A stretch of 63,236 nt of DNA, counting the filler. It is 12 parts of 12 records of this genome, joined end to end, with 100 filler letters (N's around TTAATTAATTAA, not from the genome) between each part and the next. Parts side by side here need not be neighbours in the genome. Positions count along the whole stretch, not along the records: positions 1 to 4,824 come from SRR7504441_10568; positions 4,925 to 11,265 come from SRR7504441_10572; 10 more parts are not named here. One strand, given 5' to 3'. Below the pieces are notes generated by a model that saw nothing but the letters and a program-made list of their open reading frames with translations, searched no databases and was not told where the DNA came from. Of this stretch, positions 1 through 11,365 are shown in pieces. Numbering within the stretch: position 1 is the first letter of the stretch; each line of letters starts with the position of its first letter. Both the position numbers and the translations under genes were made by a program.

Positions 1-11
1 CGGCTTGCCGT

Positions 12-959
12 GTGAGGGCTACCGCTGAGAGCTCAAGGGCCACATCGGGCATGGCCTGGAGAACGGTGGGCGACATGACCGAAGCCCATGGCATGGGCGC
101 CGCGGGGGCGGTGCTCGATGGCTTCCTGTACGTGGCAGGTGGCTGGGACGCGGACGAAGAGGCCTCGAGCCACGCAGAGAAGTTCGACCCGCTCAGCGGC
201 CAGTGGAGCCCGATCGCGCGCCTGAACACGAGGTTTGGCCGGCCGGCGGCGGGAGGGCTGGACGGCTGCCTGTACGTGGCTGGCGGTATGGGTGGCTACG
301 GTGAGCCGATGCGCGACGTGGATCGGTTTGATGCGGCCACCGATAAGTGGACTCACGCCGGTAACCCAGGCTCGGTGGCAGATATGAGCTCGGCCCGGTT
401 TGCCCCGACCGGGGCGGTGCTGGGTGGCGCCTTCTTTGTGGCTGGCGGGGAAGATTGCGACCAAAATGTACTGCGCAGCGTAGAGAGGCTGGATCCGACT
501 GACAACCAGTGGAGCCCCGTGGCAGATATGGGCACCGCCCGAGTCGAGGCAGCGTCAGCAGTGCTGGATGGCGCGCTCTACGTGGCCGGCGGCCGTGACT
601 GCGAGGGCAATGTGCTGCGCAGCGTCGAGAGATACGACCCTGCTGCCAATCAGTGGACTGCGGTGGCAGACATGCGCATTGCGAGGAGTGGAGCAGCAGC
701 TGCCGTGCTGGACGGGGCGCTCTATGTAGCTGGCGGTTTCGATGATTTCCATGGCTATCACATGCCGGTGCCTGCGCTGAGCAGCGTGGAGAGGTACGAC
801 CCTGCCACGGGGCAATGGAGCGACGCGGCTGCGCTCACCACTGCACGCGCCTGTCCAATAGCAGGGGTGCTGGGTGGCGTCTTGCACGTGGCCGGCGGCA
901 CGAATGACTACAGAGCGCACTTGTCCAGTGTGGAGATTTTCCTAGAAGAAGAGAATTAG
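12..959 (+). CDS. Kelch-repeat beta-propeller protein (probably 5'-partial, intronless in view)
   Basis: About six Kelch repeats of the type (L/F)YVAGG...SVERYDP..xQW..VADM...R; stop TAG at 957-959; the ORF starts at the window edge with GTG. Confidence 0.92.
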   Translation: MRATAESSRATSGMAWRTVGDMTEAHGMGAAGAVLDGFLYVAGGWDADEEASSHAEKFDPLSGQWSPIARLNTRFGRPAAGGLDGCLYVAGGMGGYGEPMRDVDRFDAATDKWTHAGNPGSVADMSSARFAPTGAVLGGAFFVAGGEDCDQNVLRSVERLDPTDNQWSPVADMGTARVEAASAVLDGALYVAGGRDCEGNVLRSVERYDPAANQWTAVADMRIARSGAAAAVLDGALYVAGGFDDFHGYHMPVPALSSVERYDPATGQWSDAAALTTARACPIAGVLGGVLHVAGGTNDYRAHLSSVEIFLEEEN

Positions 960-1131
960 TAATGCAAGTTTAAGAGAGGCTCGATTCATTATATTCGTAT
1001 CGGATGATTACGCGTGATCATGGTGAGCTAGTAACTATCTTATAGTTGCACACACTGCAAGGTCGGGTTGTTGTTGAAGCCTTGTCTTCGCTACCTTCAC
1101 CTTTGTGAACAATTGTAGTCAAATTGACCAG

Positions 1132-3122
1132 TCATACTAAAGCGGCAATGCACCTGCCGTAGTTGCCGAGCCTTTGCCCGCGCTTGCAACAACTCCCTCT
1201 TTTGGACAGGGCTAGCCGGCGGCTGAGGCCGTACAATTCTAGCTGTCTGTGGTCTAGTCCTCCTTTGTGGTGGTGCATGGTCTGACTTTTTCCATCGTGG
1301 TGTCCTCGACCAAGCTGCACCTCGAGCGGTTGCTCCAAATTGCTCGAGCTTGGGCTGTATTGCCACACAAACTCAGTTCGTAGCGTTGTCAGTGCTGCAC
1401 ACCCCAAAGCTCTCGGAAGCCGAGGTACTCGCAGGTTGGAGGGCCCTGCCGGTGATCTTAGCGCTTGGAGCGTTGCTGCCAATAGTTTCTGCTAGGTTGA
1501 GTGACATGGGTTCGTCGTCGAGCTTCATGCTCTCCTGCCAGCTGCGCACCGCTCCATAAACGAATTTTGCCATTATTCACCGTGGAGTTTCAGCAAACAC
1601 CGCCGATGGGCCGGAACTCAGCTCCTGCATAGAGAGGGCGTCGCTATTTGTTGGGACTATGTCCACTGGGTCCCATCCTGGCAACACTGTCAGGTCATCG
1701 GTCGTGGCGAGCTTGTGCACTGGGTGGACCGACAAAACTATGCGCTGAGGCGTCTGTAAAGCCGCTGGACACTCCAGCTGCCACTCTGACAGTGTCCAAG
1801 TTGGCATGATCTTGACTGTCAGATGCCTGGCCCCATTCGTACCGAACTCTTGTTTTCTTCCCAACGATCCTGGCGCTGCGAGAATTTAACTTACGCTGTT
1901 CCCCATGTGGATGCAGCCGAGGTGGCTCCAGGGCTGCCGAGCAAACCAATCAGGCTTGTTTGGCAATGCTGGTAGCACCTGTTCGGGCCCAGCGAGAACC
2001 ACGGCCCTGCCGCCTGTCTCTATCGACCTTGGCCATTTGCTGTTGCCATGGCGTCCGCTCCACTGGGTTTGCCTCAGCTGCTCGCGTCAGCTTGGTCCAG
2101 TCTTCAATGCCAGTGAGCTTCTGCCACAACCTGCAGTGGACTATTGGATTAGCTGAGCCGCCAGTTGCCTGGCGGGCAGTGCAGCCGAGCACTGATACCC
2201 CTGTGCCGTGACTTGATGAAGGCTGACAGCTCCGCGCCGGATAAGCGCAAGCGCGATGTACTCCCTCCTCTTGCTCAATGGGAACCTATCGTTGTTGGCA
2301 GACTGGGCTGTATCAGCGTAGTCAATCAGCATCATTAGTGGCGTGCTGCCATCTTGGTTATCAGAGCGGTCAACCTCGCAGGCGGGGTCGTCTAGCAATG
2401 CAAATACCAGCTCTAGGTGGCCTGCACGCGCCGCGTAGTGCAGCGCTGCCCCCCTGCTGCCCTCCAAAGGGCAGTTGCACAGCACCTGAATAGCCCATCC
2501 AGTCCAATGACGTCACCACGCCGCCCCCTACCAGCTGGACAAAATCACGGGCCACTTCTCTGCTGAGACGTGGTGGCTCGAGACAGCCCCAGTGCAGAGC
2601 ATTCCGACCCTCACAGTCGGCAGCCTGAGGGTCGGCCTGACTCTCCAACAGCAACCGAGCCACCTGCACCGCATGTCGGGCTCCCACACGGCTCTGCACC
2701 TGGAGGTCGTGCCGGGCTGCGGCCACGCTCAGCGGTTGTCGCCCCTTGACCGCGTCCAGCGTGGTGCGCCTCTCCTCGCTGTCCACTCTGGCGCCGGCCT
2801 GTATCAGTAGTTGCACTATCTCGGCGTGGCCAGCGTCGCAGGCCCAGTGCAGGGCGTGGCTGCCCCCTGGTTCCAGCCTGCCCGCTCAGCCATCCACCGG
2901 TGTTCGAGCGAGTGGTTCGGGTCTGCCTGGTCAGCCAACGCGGCGCGCACCGCCGGTAGGTTGCCGCACTGCCCCAAGAATGTCGGCCCGCCTGGCTGAG
3001 GCCAGCACCTTGGCTGCGATGCACAATGCCTGTGAAGCCTTCTCGACCGCCTCTGGGTCTGGCGGCCTCAGCGGCCGGCTCAGAAACCGGCTCACGAGCC
3101 GCAGAGAGCCCCAACTCGCCAT
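1132..3122 (-). CDS. Multi-exon ankyrin-repeat protein (3' end uncertain)
   Basis: ATG at 3122. Exon fragments carry ankyrin motifs LLIQAGARVD, GRQPLSVAA, GRNALHW, ALHYAARAGHLELVFALL and GSTPLMM, in shifting frames consistent with short introns. Confidence 0.7.
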
Positions 3123-3212
3123 CCTGCTCCACCACCGGGCCCCAGGAAGTTACCAAGACAGCGAAATGCATAATAAAAAAGCGACTGACCGCCGCTCCAA
3201 GCCGCGCGCTCC

Positions 3213-4824
3213 ATGCGGATCGGGGCGGCTTTGTCGCTCCTGTTGGCGGTGACTGGGGCGGACGGGGCGCGCCTCGTGTTGGCTGGCTGGGGCTGCTGCA
3301 AGCCTGGCTGTGGCTGGCTGGACAACTTTGCCACCCGGCCGCTCAACGGATCCGCCGTCCGCTCCTGCGACCGCGCCGGCCGGCCGTTGGCGCACGACGC
3401 CCCGTCCGCGTGCGGCGGGGGCGGGCTGGGTGGGGAACGCGGGCCAGCTTATCTGTGTGACCAGTTTCTTCCGTTGCTCGATCATGCCTCAGATGATTTA
3501 CTAGGCTTCGGAAGCGGGGAAGGGCCATGTTGCGGGTGCTACAGACTGGAGCGCGGCGACCGGCGGGTGGTGATTCAGCTGATCGAGCCCGGCCGCCCGA
3601 TTCAATTTGGCCTGATGGTCCCGGGGGCTGGGATCCCGGCGAAGCAGGCCTGCGACCAGGCCAGGGAAGGACACGAAGCAGTGCCCAACGGCCAGCCCCA
3701 GTACGGGCCCGCTGCCTGGGGCCCCGAGCACCGGCGGTGCGAGCTGGGCGGGTCCGATGGGCGGCTGTGCACTCGGTGCGCTGGGCTACCGGCAAGGGTC
3801 CAGCCTGGATGCGAGGCCGTATGCAAGGCTATCAATGGTTGGGGGCCGCATGCATGGTTGGAGCTGATTTCTGGGGCGGAGGTTCGCGCCAGTCGGATCC
3901 GGTGCCCAGCAGCACTAAGTGAGAGATCCGGTTGCGTACCCGGGGATGATCTGCAGTTTGAGCCCGCTCATTCAGCTGGGCCCATGGCTGGGTCTGACGC
4001 ACCGACTGCGGCACCGACCTCAGGTCCAGATTCATCGTCAACAATTTCGCTCACCCCAGCATCGATCAACCTCACCACAGCCACCGGTGTGCTGCCGACG
4101 GCGCAGACGGGCGACATGCCTGTGCATGCATCGCCAGCTCAAATACAGGACGCACTGCAAAAGCCCAAGACTTCTGCCGACCTCGTGTCACTGGTAAGTT
4201 GCTGCCCTAGGCCATTGCTAATCGCAAGTGCAGATCGGGAGCGGCGTGTCCTGCTCAGACAATTGCTTCAGTCATCTGACCCAGACCACACAAGCTGCCA
4301 ATGGCAATTTTGCTACCACCGGCCAAATGAACTTCGAGGTGACAACTGAATCTGAAAGCAGCTTTTGCGAGCAAACAAGCACAGTGGTGGCCCAAGCGCT
4401 TGCAAGTGTGGTCGGAGTGCCCAACAGCCAGGTGAATATTACGCACTGCAGCGTGGCTAGTACTATCGAGAGTGCAGAGAGCACTCTGATGCAAGATATG
4501 ATGCGGGACACTGTGCTGCTGCAAGCATCGGCACACACTGGATCGTCCAGCGCAACGGTAGATTTTGAGATACTTGCCAATGCGAATGGCGGTAACGCTG
4601 GTGATGCGGACAGGGCATGCGACAATGTGTGCATTGGCTGGATCGTTGCTGGCTGCATCTTGTTTGGTATACTGCTCTTGGTGGCCGGAACGGTCCTCTG
4701 GCATCATTGCCATCCGAGTCATGATCAGCATGATGCCCGCCATCCAGCTGATCTGTCTCAGCCCGAAACTCAACAATTACTTTCGGCCGATACCGCTGCG
4801 CCAATCCCAGAGCCAACCGATACC
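3213..4824 (+). CDS. Type I membrane protein with a catalytically degenerate GH45 endoglucanase-like domain, S/T/P stalk and TM helix (3'-partial)
   Basis: Signal peptide; GH45 Cys pattern WGCCKPGCGW, VRSCD, AYLC, CCGCYRL, PGC, CPAALSERSGC..DD; 40-nt intron at 4194-4233 (GTAAGT...GCTAAT...CAG) joins in frame to an exon with TM IGWIVAGCILFGILLLVAGTVLW. Confidence 0.85.
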
Positions 4825-4924
4825 NNNNNNNNNNNNNNNNNNNNNNNNNNNNNNNNNNNNNNNNNNNNTTAATTAATTAANNNNNNNNNNNNNNNNNNNN
4901 NNNNNNNNNNNNNNNNNNNNNNNN
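4825..4924. other. Artificial contig linker (N44-TTAATTAATTAA-N44)
   Basis: Identical 100-nt all-frame-stop spacers also occur at 11266-11365, 16412-16511, 19519-19618, 27080-27179, 30395-30494, 38966-39065, 42348-42447, 45828-45927, 52771-52870 and 58452-58551. Confidence 0.99.
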
Positions 4925-5064
4925 GGGTTTCGACAAATGAAGGACGGTGATTGATCACATACATGTTGTAAATATGTTGTAAACGTATTCGCAATGCAAT
5001 TTAGACACCCTGCGGTCGAAAGTGCTGATCTAAATACCATACGCAACTAACTTATGAAACGATA

Positions 5065-6227
5065 TTATGCTACTTCATTGTGATCATCATGACTAGTAGG
5101 GGAACCAGGCTCTTGTAGCTTTCTCCGAAGAATCGCCTCTTTGTTAGAGAGTGCGCGCACCACGCCCTTGGACAGATTACTTAAAAAGGTATCCACGGCG
5201 ACGGATGCGGATTGATTGAGTTTGGGGGGTTTCAGTCCCCGCTCTTTTGGGTACAATTCGTGCTGTAATTCGTCGCCAAAGCCTCGCTTCACGTACAATT
5301 CCCGATCTCTTCTATTTCGATCAGGATCGACCATTTTAAACACCTCCAAGTAGTCCGCAGCGGTCAGTACCTCCACTTTGTCAGTATCAGTTTGTATCTC
5401 AGCACACCAGCCTTGGCTGGGGTCCTTGTCCGATCTCTTGGACACAATTTCCTCCATCGCCATGCGCAGATCTTGAAGATACTCCTCTCGTTCTTCGGAA
5501 TATTGAGCTCTAACCATCTCGGCAAAAGGTCCCTGGTCCCCGTCCTTGGTTGAATCAAAGAGCCCTGTGTAACGCACATGCAGAGCCTTGGCGCAGGGGT
5601 TCCCGGTTGGGGATCAGCCTTGACGGTGGACCGAAACCTGATTCCACTACGATGCCTGCTGCCCGCTTGAACGCTCGGAGACGGCCACGCCTCCAGTTGT
5701 CGAGTGGAGTGCAACTCGGATGTGGAGGGCAGCTGAACAGTGTGCTGTGTCCCGCGCACCGGCTGGTGTTGCAGCGCTGGGCTGGTTCTTGGACGATACT
5801 TCCGGACTGGAGCGTCTGCAAAGCTACTGAGCTTGCCTCGGGCGAAAAGTGGTCGCTTCTCCACGTGGCTTCGCAGCTCCAAACCAGCAGCTGGCAGCTG
5901 CAGCTGGCCCTCATTCGAGCAGGTGTTCGGCCGGGATCGCAGGAGGTGTGGGGCAGGGTGCTGGTGTGTAGCTGGCCGGTCCAAGGCTGGTGGCGGCTGC
6001 AGTGAGCGGTTGAGCAGCGATGGCGTCCACGGTAGCGACCCATCGAGGCAGCGCCCCCGACGGGTGGGTCTACCCAGCTGGTCTCGAGCTTCCGGTTGCC
6101 ACTGCGGTCTGCGGCTCGCCGGTACCTTTTGCCGCACTGGGGCAGTCAGCTTCCTGGGCTGTGGCGCCTCGCCTGCGCCCCAGTCCCCAAAGAGCCAGGA
6201 TCTGTCCCCTGCACTGCTGTCCCACAT
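5065..6227 (-). CDS. Protein with a TSNAXIP1-like C-terminal segment and a low-complexity N-terminal part
   Basis: Last exon LFDSTKDGDQGPFAEMVRAQYSEEREEYLQDL...FKMVDPDR...LYVKRGFG resembles the C-terminus of translin-associated factor X-interacting protein 1 homologs. ATG at 6227; exon junction not resolved. Confidence 0.45.
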
Positions 6228-6249
6228 GCCCCGGTGCCCAAATAGGCGT

Positions 6250-6255
6250 CCGTTG
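6250..6255 (-). promoter_or_regulatory. YAACGG (Myb-type) motif
   Basis: CAACGG on the minus strand, ~23 bp upstream of ATG 6227. Confidence 0.45.
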
Positions 6256-6630
6256 CATTTTAGTGCAGTGTACGAGACAACTGACTGTCATCACTGTACC
6301 GTACGTAGACTACATTAATTAAGACTACATAGAGGGGTGGGTGGTTAAAATACTCGAAGGGAGCGATCGATAGACTAACGTTATAAGTTGATTTACATGA
6401 TTGTAAACACCCGGTCGATCTACAGCGACATGTACCACGTATTTCGGAGATAATACAGTCATGTGTACAATCATTGTACCCGTATAGCAAAACTGCGAAA
6501 ACTGTCACCGGACACAAACATACGAGTATGTACCAGTATGATTTAACGATTGATAAGTTAAGACTGTGTTGTATATAGACTATTGGATAAGTGCACGGTG
6601 GAGCTTTGTGTAGTGCTGGTATCCTTATTG

Positions 6631-9600
6631 TCATATCAAACTTGTCAAACTTCTGGAATTCAAACTACGAGTATACTCAATCGGGCTTTTTGGTGAGCGC
6701 GTGACTATCATTGGGTGCGGAGAGGTGTTTGGCCTGAGTTGTAATTCTATAAGCTCCGCCTCCATTTTTTGCATGGTTGTCATAAAATGTTGGCGTTCAC
6801 TGGTGAGCACTGTTCTAGCACTGTTAGCCTCCTGTTCACAATGTCACAGGTAAGTCCAGAGTTTGCTAGGAGAACAAACCTGCTCAGCGTTCATACGCTT
6901 CTGACGCTCCTCTTCCACTAGGCGGTGCATTTCGACAAATGAGCCGGTCGTATCTTGGTGACTGCTGTGAGTCTCAAGCATCCGCAACTTCAATGCCTCT
7001 AGCTCGGCCTGGTGCCTTGCAAAGTCCTGCATTGATTACACACGATTCATTAGGGCGTGCCGGCAATGCTATCAAACTATGCATGGAATTATGCATAGGC
7101 TCGTGGCTGCGCTCAGGTGGATACTGTCGCAAAATAATATGCACTGTCGTGCACCTGCTTCTGTTTGGACAGCAATGCGCTACAGCTCTCAGCATGTTGG
7201 ATGGCCGACCGCTCTGCCTGCCAACCCCACTGTTCAGTGATAGGGCCAGCTACAGCTATCAGACCTGCCGCGAGTCTTCCAGTGCCGACTCCAGAGCTTT
7301 CAGTTGACCTCGAATGCGATCAGCCTCCAGCTTCGCCTCCTGACACTCACGATCCTGGACAAACAAGAAAATCATCAGGTGCTGACAGGCACGGGCACGA
7401 GACCCTTTGCCGGTCAGGGGCGTTACCTTTGAGAGCCTGACCTCTCGGAGCGACGCCTCGAGCTCCCGGAGTGAGGCTTCGAGGGATGATATTCTGACAA
7501 ACCCATGCTCAGAGATCGCAGGTTCCGAATTGAGGGATTGGTCACTTGCTGACATAGTGTGGCTTGAGTTGCTCGAGCCGGGATTGCAGACTTGCTTCAT
7601 TCTGACGACTGAGCGCCAGCTCATGGCGCAACTTTTGTGTCATGAGATCACTATTCGAAGCAGCCTGCACAATGTCTTAGTAGTTAAGTTGTCATTAGCC
7701 AATGGTACCTTGCCACATCGTTCCATCAACTCTTCCAACTCAGATGACAGTCGATTGACGTCCAGCCTGTAAGAAAGGTCACACATCTCTAGCTAACAAA
7801 TAGAGTTCATATACTCAGCTGACCTGTTCTGAACACTATCAGAGTCTTTCAGCCTGCTCACCAGGAGCTGCAGTTGCTGTTCCACTTGATTCTGTGAGTT
7901 CTGCACTTGAACAAGTGACTGAATTCCAGAATCCATCTGTAAGCCATCCATCATGCTCAAACTACATCCAAGCGGCAGTGGAGAACCTGAGTGCCGTAAG
8001 CACGAATCTCTTGCTGCGCCTGTCTCAGCGGCTGCGACATTTGGTCTAGCTTATTCCGATATTCTTGAATCTGGGCTCGCAGCTGGTCCAGCTCCAGCTC
8101 CTGTTTTTCTATGCGCTGCATAGCAGCCTCGTAGGGGCGTTTGATCTTAGCAGCCTCCGCCACTGCCCTCTCAGCCTCAGCTTCCAAACCCACACACTGG
8201 GCTCTCAGTTGATCTATTTCTGCACTCATGCTTTCGATTTCTGCTCGACAGTCTGTGACGCGTGCCTGCAGCCGTGTGTTTTCGGCGCTGACCTGTTCCA
8301 ACTCTGGCTCTAGTTCGGAACATCGACTTCTCCACTGCACAACTTCAGGGGTCAGTCTATCGATCTCGCTTCGTGCTTCTCCAAAACTTTTCTTCAGCTT
8401 ACTGTTCTCTGCTTTCAGCTGCTCTATCTGTGACTCACAATCCGAACAGCGCTTGCGCCACTGTGTGCACTCTACGGTCAGCTTCTCCGCCTCTCTATGG
8501 CACTGTTCTACTTGGCTTCTGAACTTATTCACTTCGGCATTAGCCCTGCCTAAATCGGATTCGACTTGATCACACTTAGATTTCAGCTGTCTTGTCTCAT
8601 TGTGCGCCTTCTCTGTCTCAGACTCAGACTGAGAACACTTGGCTTTAAGGTTTCTAATCTCTGTTGATAACCTCTTCACCTCCGCCTCGCTCTCCTCCGC
8701 ACGTGCTTTATGTTGCTCGGACTCTGCGCTTTTCCTGTCATAGTCAGCTGTAGTCTCAGCACATTTCAATTTCAGGGTTCGAATCTCTGCATTCGCTTCC
8801 TGTAGTTGCGTCTCAGACACTGCGCACCTCGCTTTCAACTGTTCATTTTCAGCAGCCGACCTATCCAGATCTCTTTGGCATTCTGCGCACTGTGTCTTCA
8901 ACTGCCGAGCCTCCGACGATGTCTCTTCGAGCCTCGATTCGCTCTGTGAGCACCGTGATTTTAGTTGCTCGATCTCCGCCATTGCCCGTTCCATTTCTGA
9001 ATGATCATTGAGCTTAGCTTTCAATTGCCTCAGCTCTATATTCATCCTATCCACCTCGGCCTGAGATTCTGCCTTCTGCCCTCTAAGCTTTGTGAGCTCT
9101 TGATTGAGTCGCTCGGTCTCTGTTTGTTGCTCAGCATTCCTTGTCTTCAACTGTTTTACCTCTGAGATTGCTCTGTCCGCCTCTGCCCTGTATTCAGCAC
9201 ATTCTGCTTTGAGACGCCGAATTTCAGAATTCAATCTCTCTGACTCAACCTCATGTGCAGTACACTTTGTCTTCAATTGTTTGACTTCCGCATTTGTTCG
9301 CTCGGCTTCCGCTTCATATTCCGCATTCTTTGCTTTAAGCAGTCTTGTGTCCATGTTTGCTCTCTCCAACTTTGCCTGATAATCGCCGCACTTAGCTTTG
9401 AGTTTATTCATTTCACCCGCCATCCTCTCAAACTCTGCTTCATACTCCGATATCTTTGCCCTCAGCTGCCTGATCTCTCTTGCTGCCTGATCTCCAGCGT
9501 CGGAGTCCAGCATTCTTGCTTTGGCTGAAGCAAGCTCGGTTTTCAAAGATTCAATTTCTACGTTCAAGTTGGAAAGCTGGGCCTTCAATTTTTCGATTTC

Positions 9601-11265
9601 TGCCTTTGCCTGTTCCAGCTCGGAGGCAGACTTCAGGCACTCCTCCTTGAGGCCAGAGTTTTCGGCTGCGGCTCTTGCAATCTCCGATTCTTGGTCCACA
9701 CATCTGGCTTTTAAGATCTTGATCTCGTCTGTGCATTGATTCAATCCAGCTTGTAACTCAGCATTAGCCCTCTTGAGATCTTTGATCTCAGCAGATGCAC
9801 GCTCTTGCTGAGACTCATAATCGACACACTTGCCGTTGAGTTTGGCCACATCTGATGTTAGTCGTTCCCTATCTGCGTCACCTTGCACAATCTTCCCGTT
9901 GAGATCCCTGCTTTCCGCAGTCAATCTAACGATTTCTGTTTCATACTCGGTGCACTTTCCCTTCAGTTTCCTCGCATCGTCCCGCGTTGATTCAATCTCA
10001 GCCTCTGCCTCTGCATTCTTTGCTTTCAGCTTGCGTACTTCTGAAAGCAAGTTTTCAATCTGCACCTCACTCTCAGCATTCCGTGCTTTGAGATTCCCAG
10101 TCTCAGTCTTGAGCCTTTCACGCTCTGCCTCAGACTCTGCGCACTTGGATTTATATTTCGTTGTCTCCTTTCTGTTTGACTCAAGTGCAGCGTCCAAATC
10201 AGAGCACTTCCCCCTCAGCTTGCCATTTTCTCCAGTGAACCGCTCAACTTCTGCCTGATATTCCGCACAAGTTGCCTTCACACGGCCCATCTCTGCATTG
10301 AGCTTTTCCGTGGCTGCTTCGCCCTCGGCGCACTTGGTTCTTAGTCTCACGCCGTCTGATTTGGTGGTCTCCAACTCAGCCTCACACTCAGTGAATCTTG
10401 ATTTCATCCTTCTCAAATCTCCATTAAGCCTCTCTATTTCGGCATCACGCTCAACCTTCTGTGACTTTGAGCTGACCAATTCCCCATTCACCCTATCTAT
10501 TTCGCTTTCGTAATCACCACATTTGGCTTTGAACTTGCTAACCTCCAGTCGCAATGATTCCGCTTCAGCTGCAGCCCGACTGAGCTCAGCTGTCGTCCTT
10601 TCAATTTGGAGTTCGGATTCCGAGCATTTGCTTTTAAGCTTTGCCATCTCTGCAGTGCTTCGTTCAGCCTCCTGTTCAAGCTCTGTACATTTGGCTCTCA
10701 ATGCTCCCATCTCTTTCGAGAACCTTTCGAGCTCGGCATCACAATCAGCATTTCGCGTCTTCAATTGACGAATCTCTCTTGCCGCTCGATCTACTTCCGC
10801 AGCAGAGTCATTATATTTCGTCTTGAGCTTCGCAAGCTCTGTATTAAGCCTGTCTATCTCGGCATCACTCTCAGCACCTTTGACTTTCCATCGATCCACT
10901 TCGGCTCTCAATCTCTCGACTTCAGCCTCCAATTCAAGGTTTGGCTTTGCTGGCTCCTCAGGTACATTGCACCTGGCCTTGGCTTTTACCAGCTCTAGAT
11001 TCAGCCTCTCCAGCTCTCCCTCGCGCTCAAGGGCACGGGCTTTCAAAATCTCAATTTCCGCATTTGCTCGTTTGTTGGCAGCTTCTGCCTCGTCACACTT
11101 GGTCTGTATCCTTCCTGCACTGCCTCGGGCGCTTTCTAGCTCTGCCTCCAAGTCTGCGCTCCTTGCTTTGAGCTTTGTAATCTCTCCTGACATGGCTTCT
11201 AACTGAGCCTGAGACTCCGCATTGCGCGCCTGTAACGGAGGAAGCAAGAGATTCACACGTTCTTT
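6631..11265 (-). CDS. Very long coiled-coil protein with a 21-residue tandem repeat (5'-partial, several 3' introns)
   Basis: A 1099-aa open exon of LKAKCAESEAEIERLNAEIRK-type repeats. Short GT-AG introns lead to a final exon EANSARTVL...LTSLI with TGA at 6631-6633. Confidence 0.85.
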
Positions 11266-11365
11266 NNNNNNNNNNNNNNNNNNNNNNNNNNNNNNNNNNN
11301 NNNNNNNNNTTAATTAATTAANNNNNNNNNNNNNNNNNNNNNNNNNNNNNNNNNNNNNNNNNNNN

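Noticed and set aside
3149-3162. RFX X-box-like GTTACCAAGACAGC (similar strings near 30775 and 58322)
   Set aside because: Imperfect matches upstream of genes with no ciliary link; too weak to call.
3289-3612. Both GH45 catalytic sites read GGC rather than GAC, raising the idea of RNA editing that restores Asp
   Set aside because: It would need G-to-A editing, and neighbouring conserved residues (Thr, Tyr, GGD loop) are also lost; ordinary divergence is simpler.
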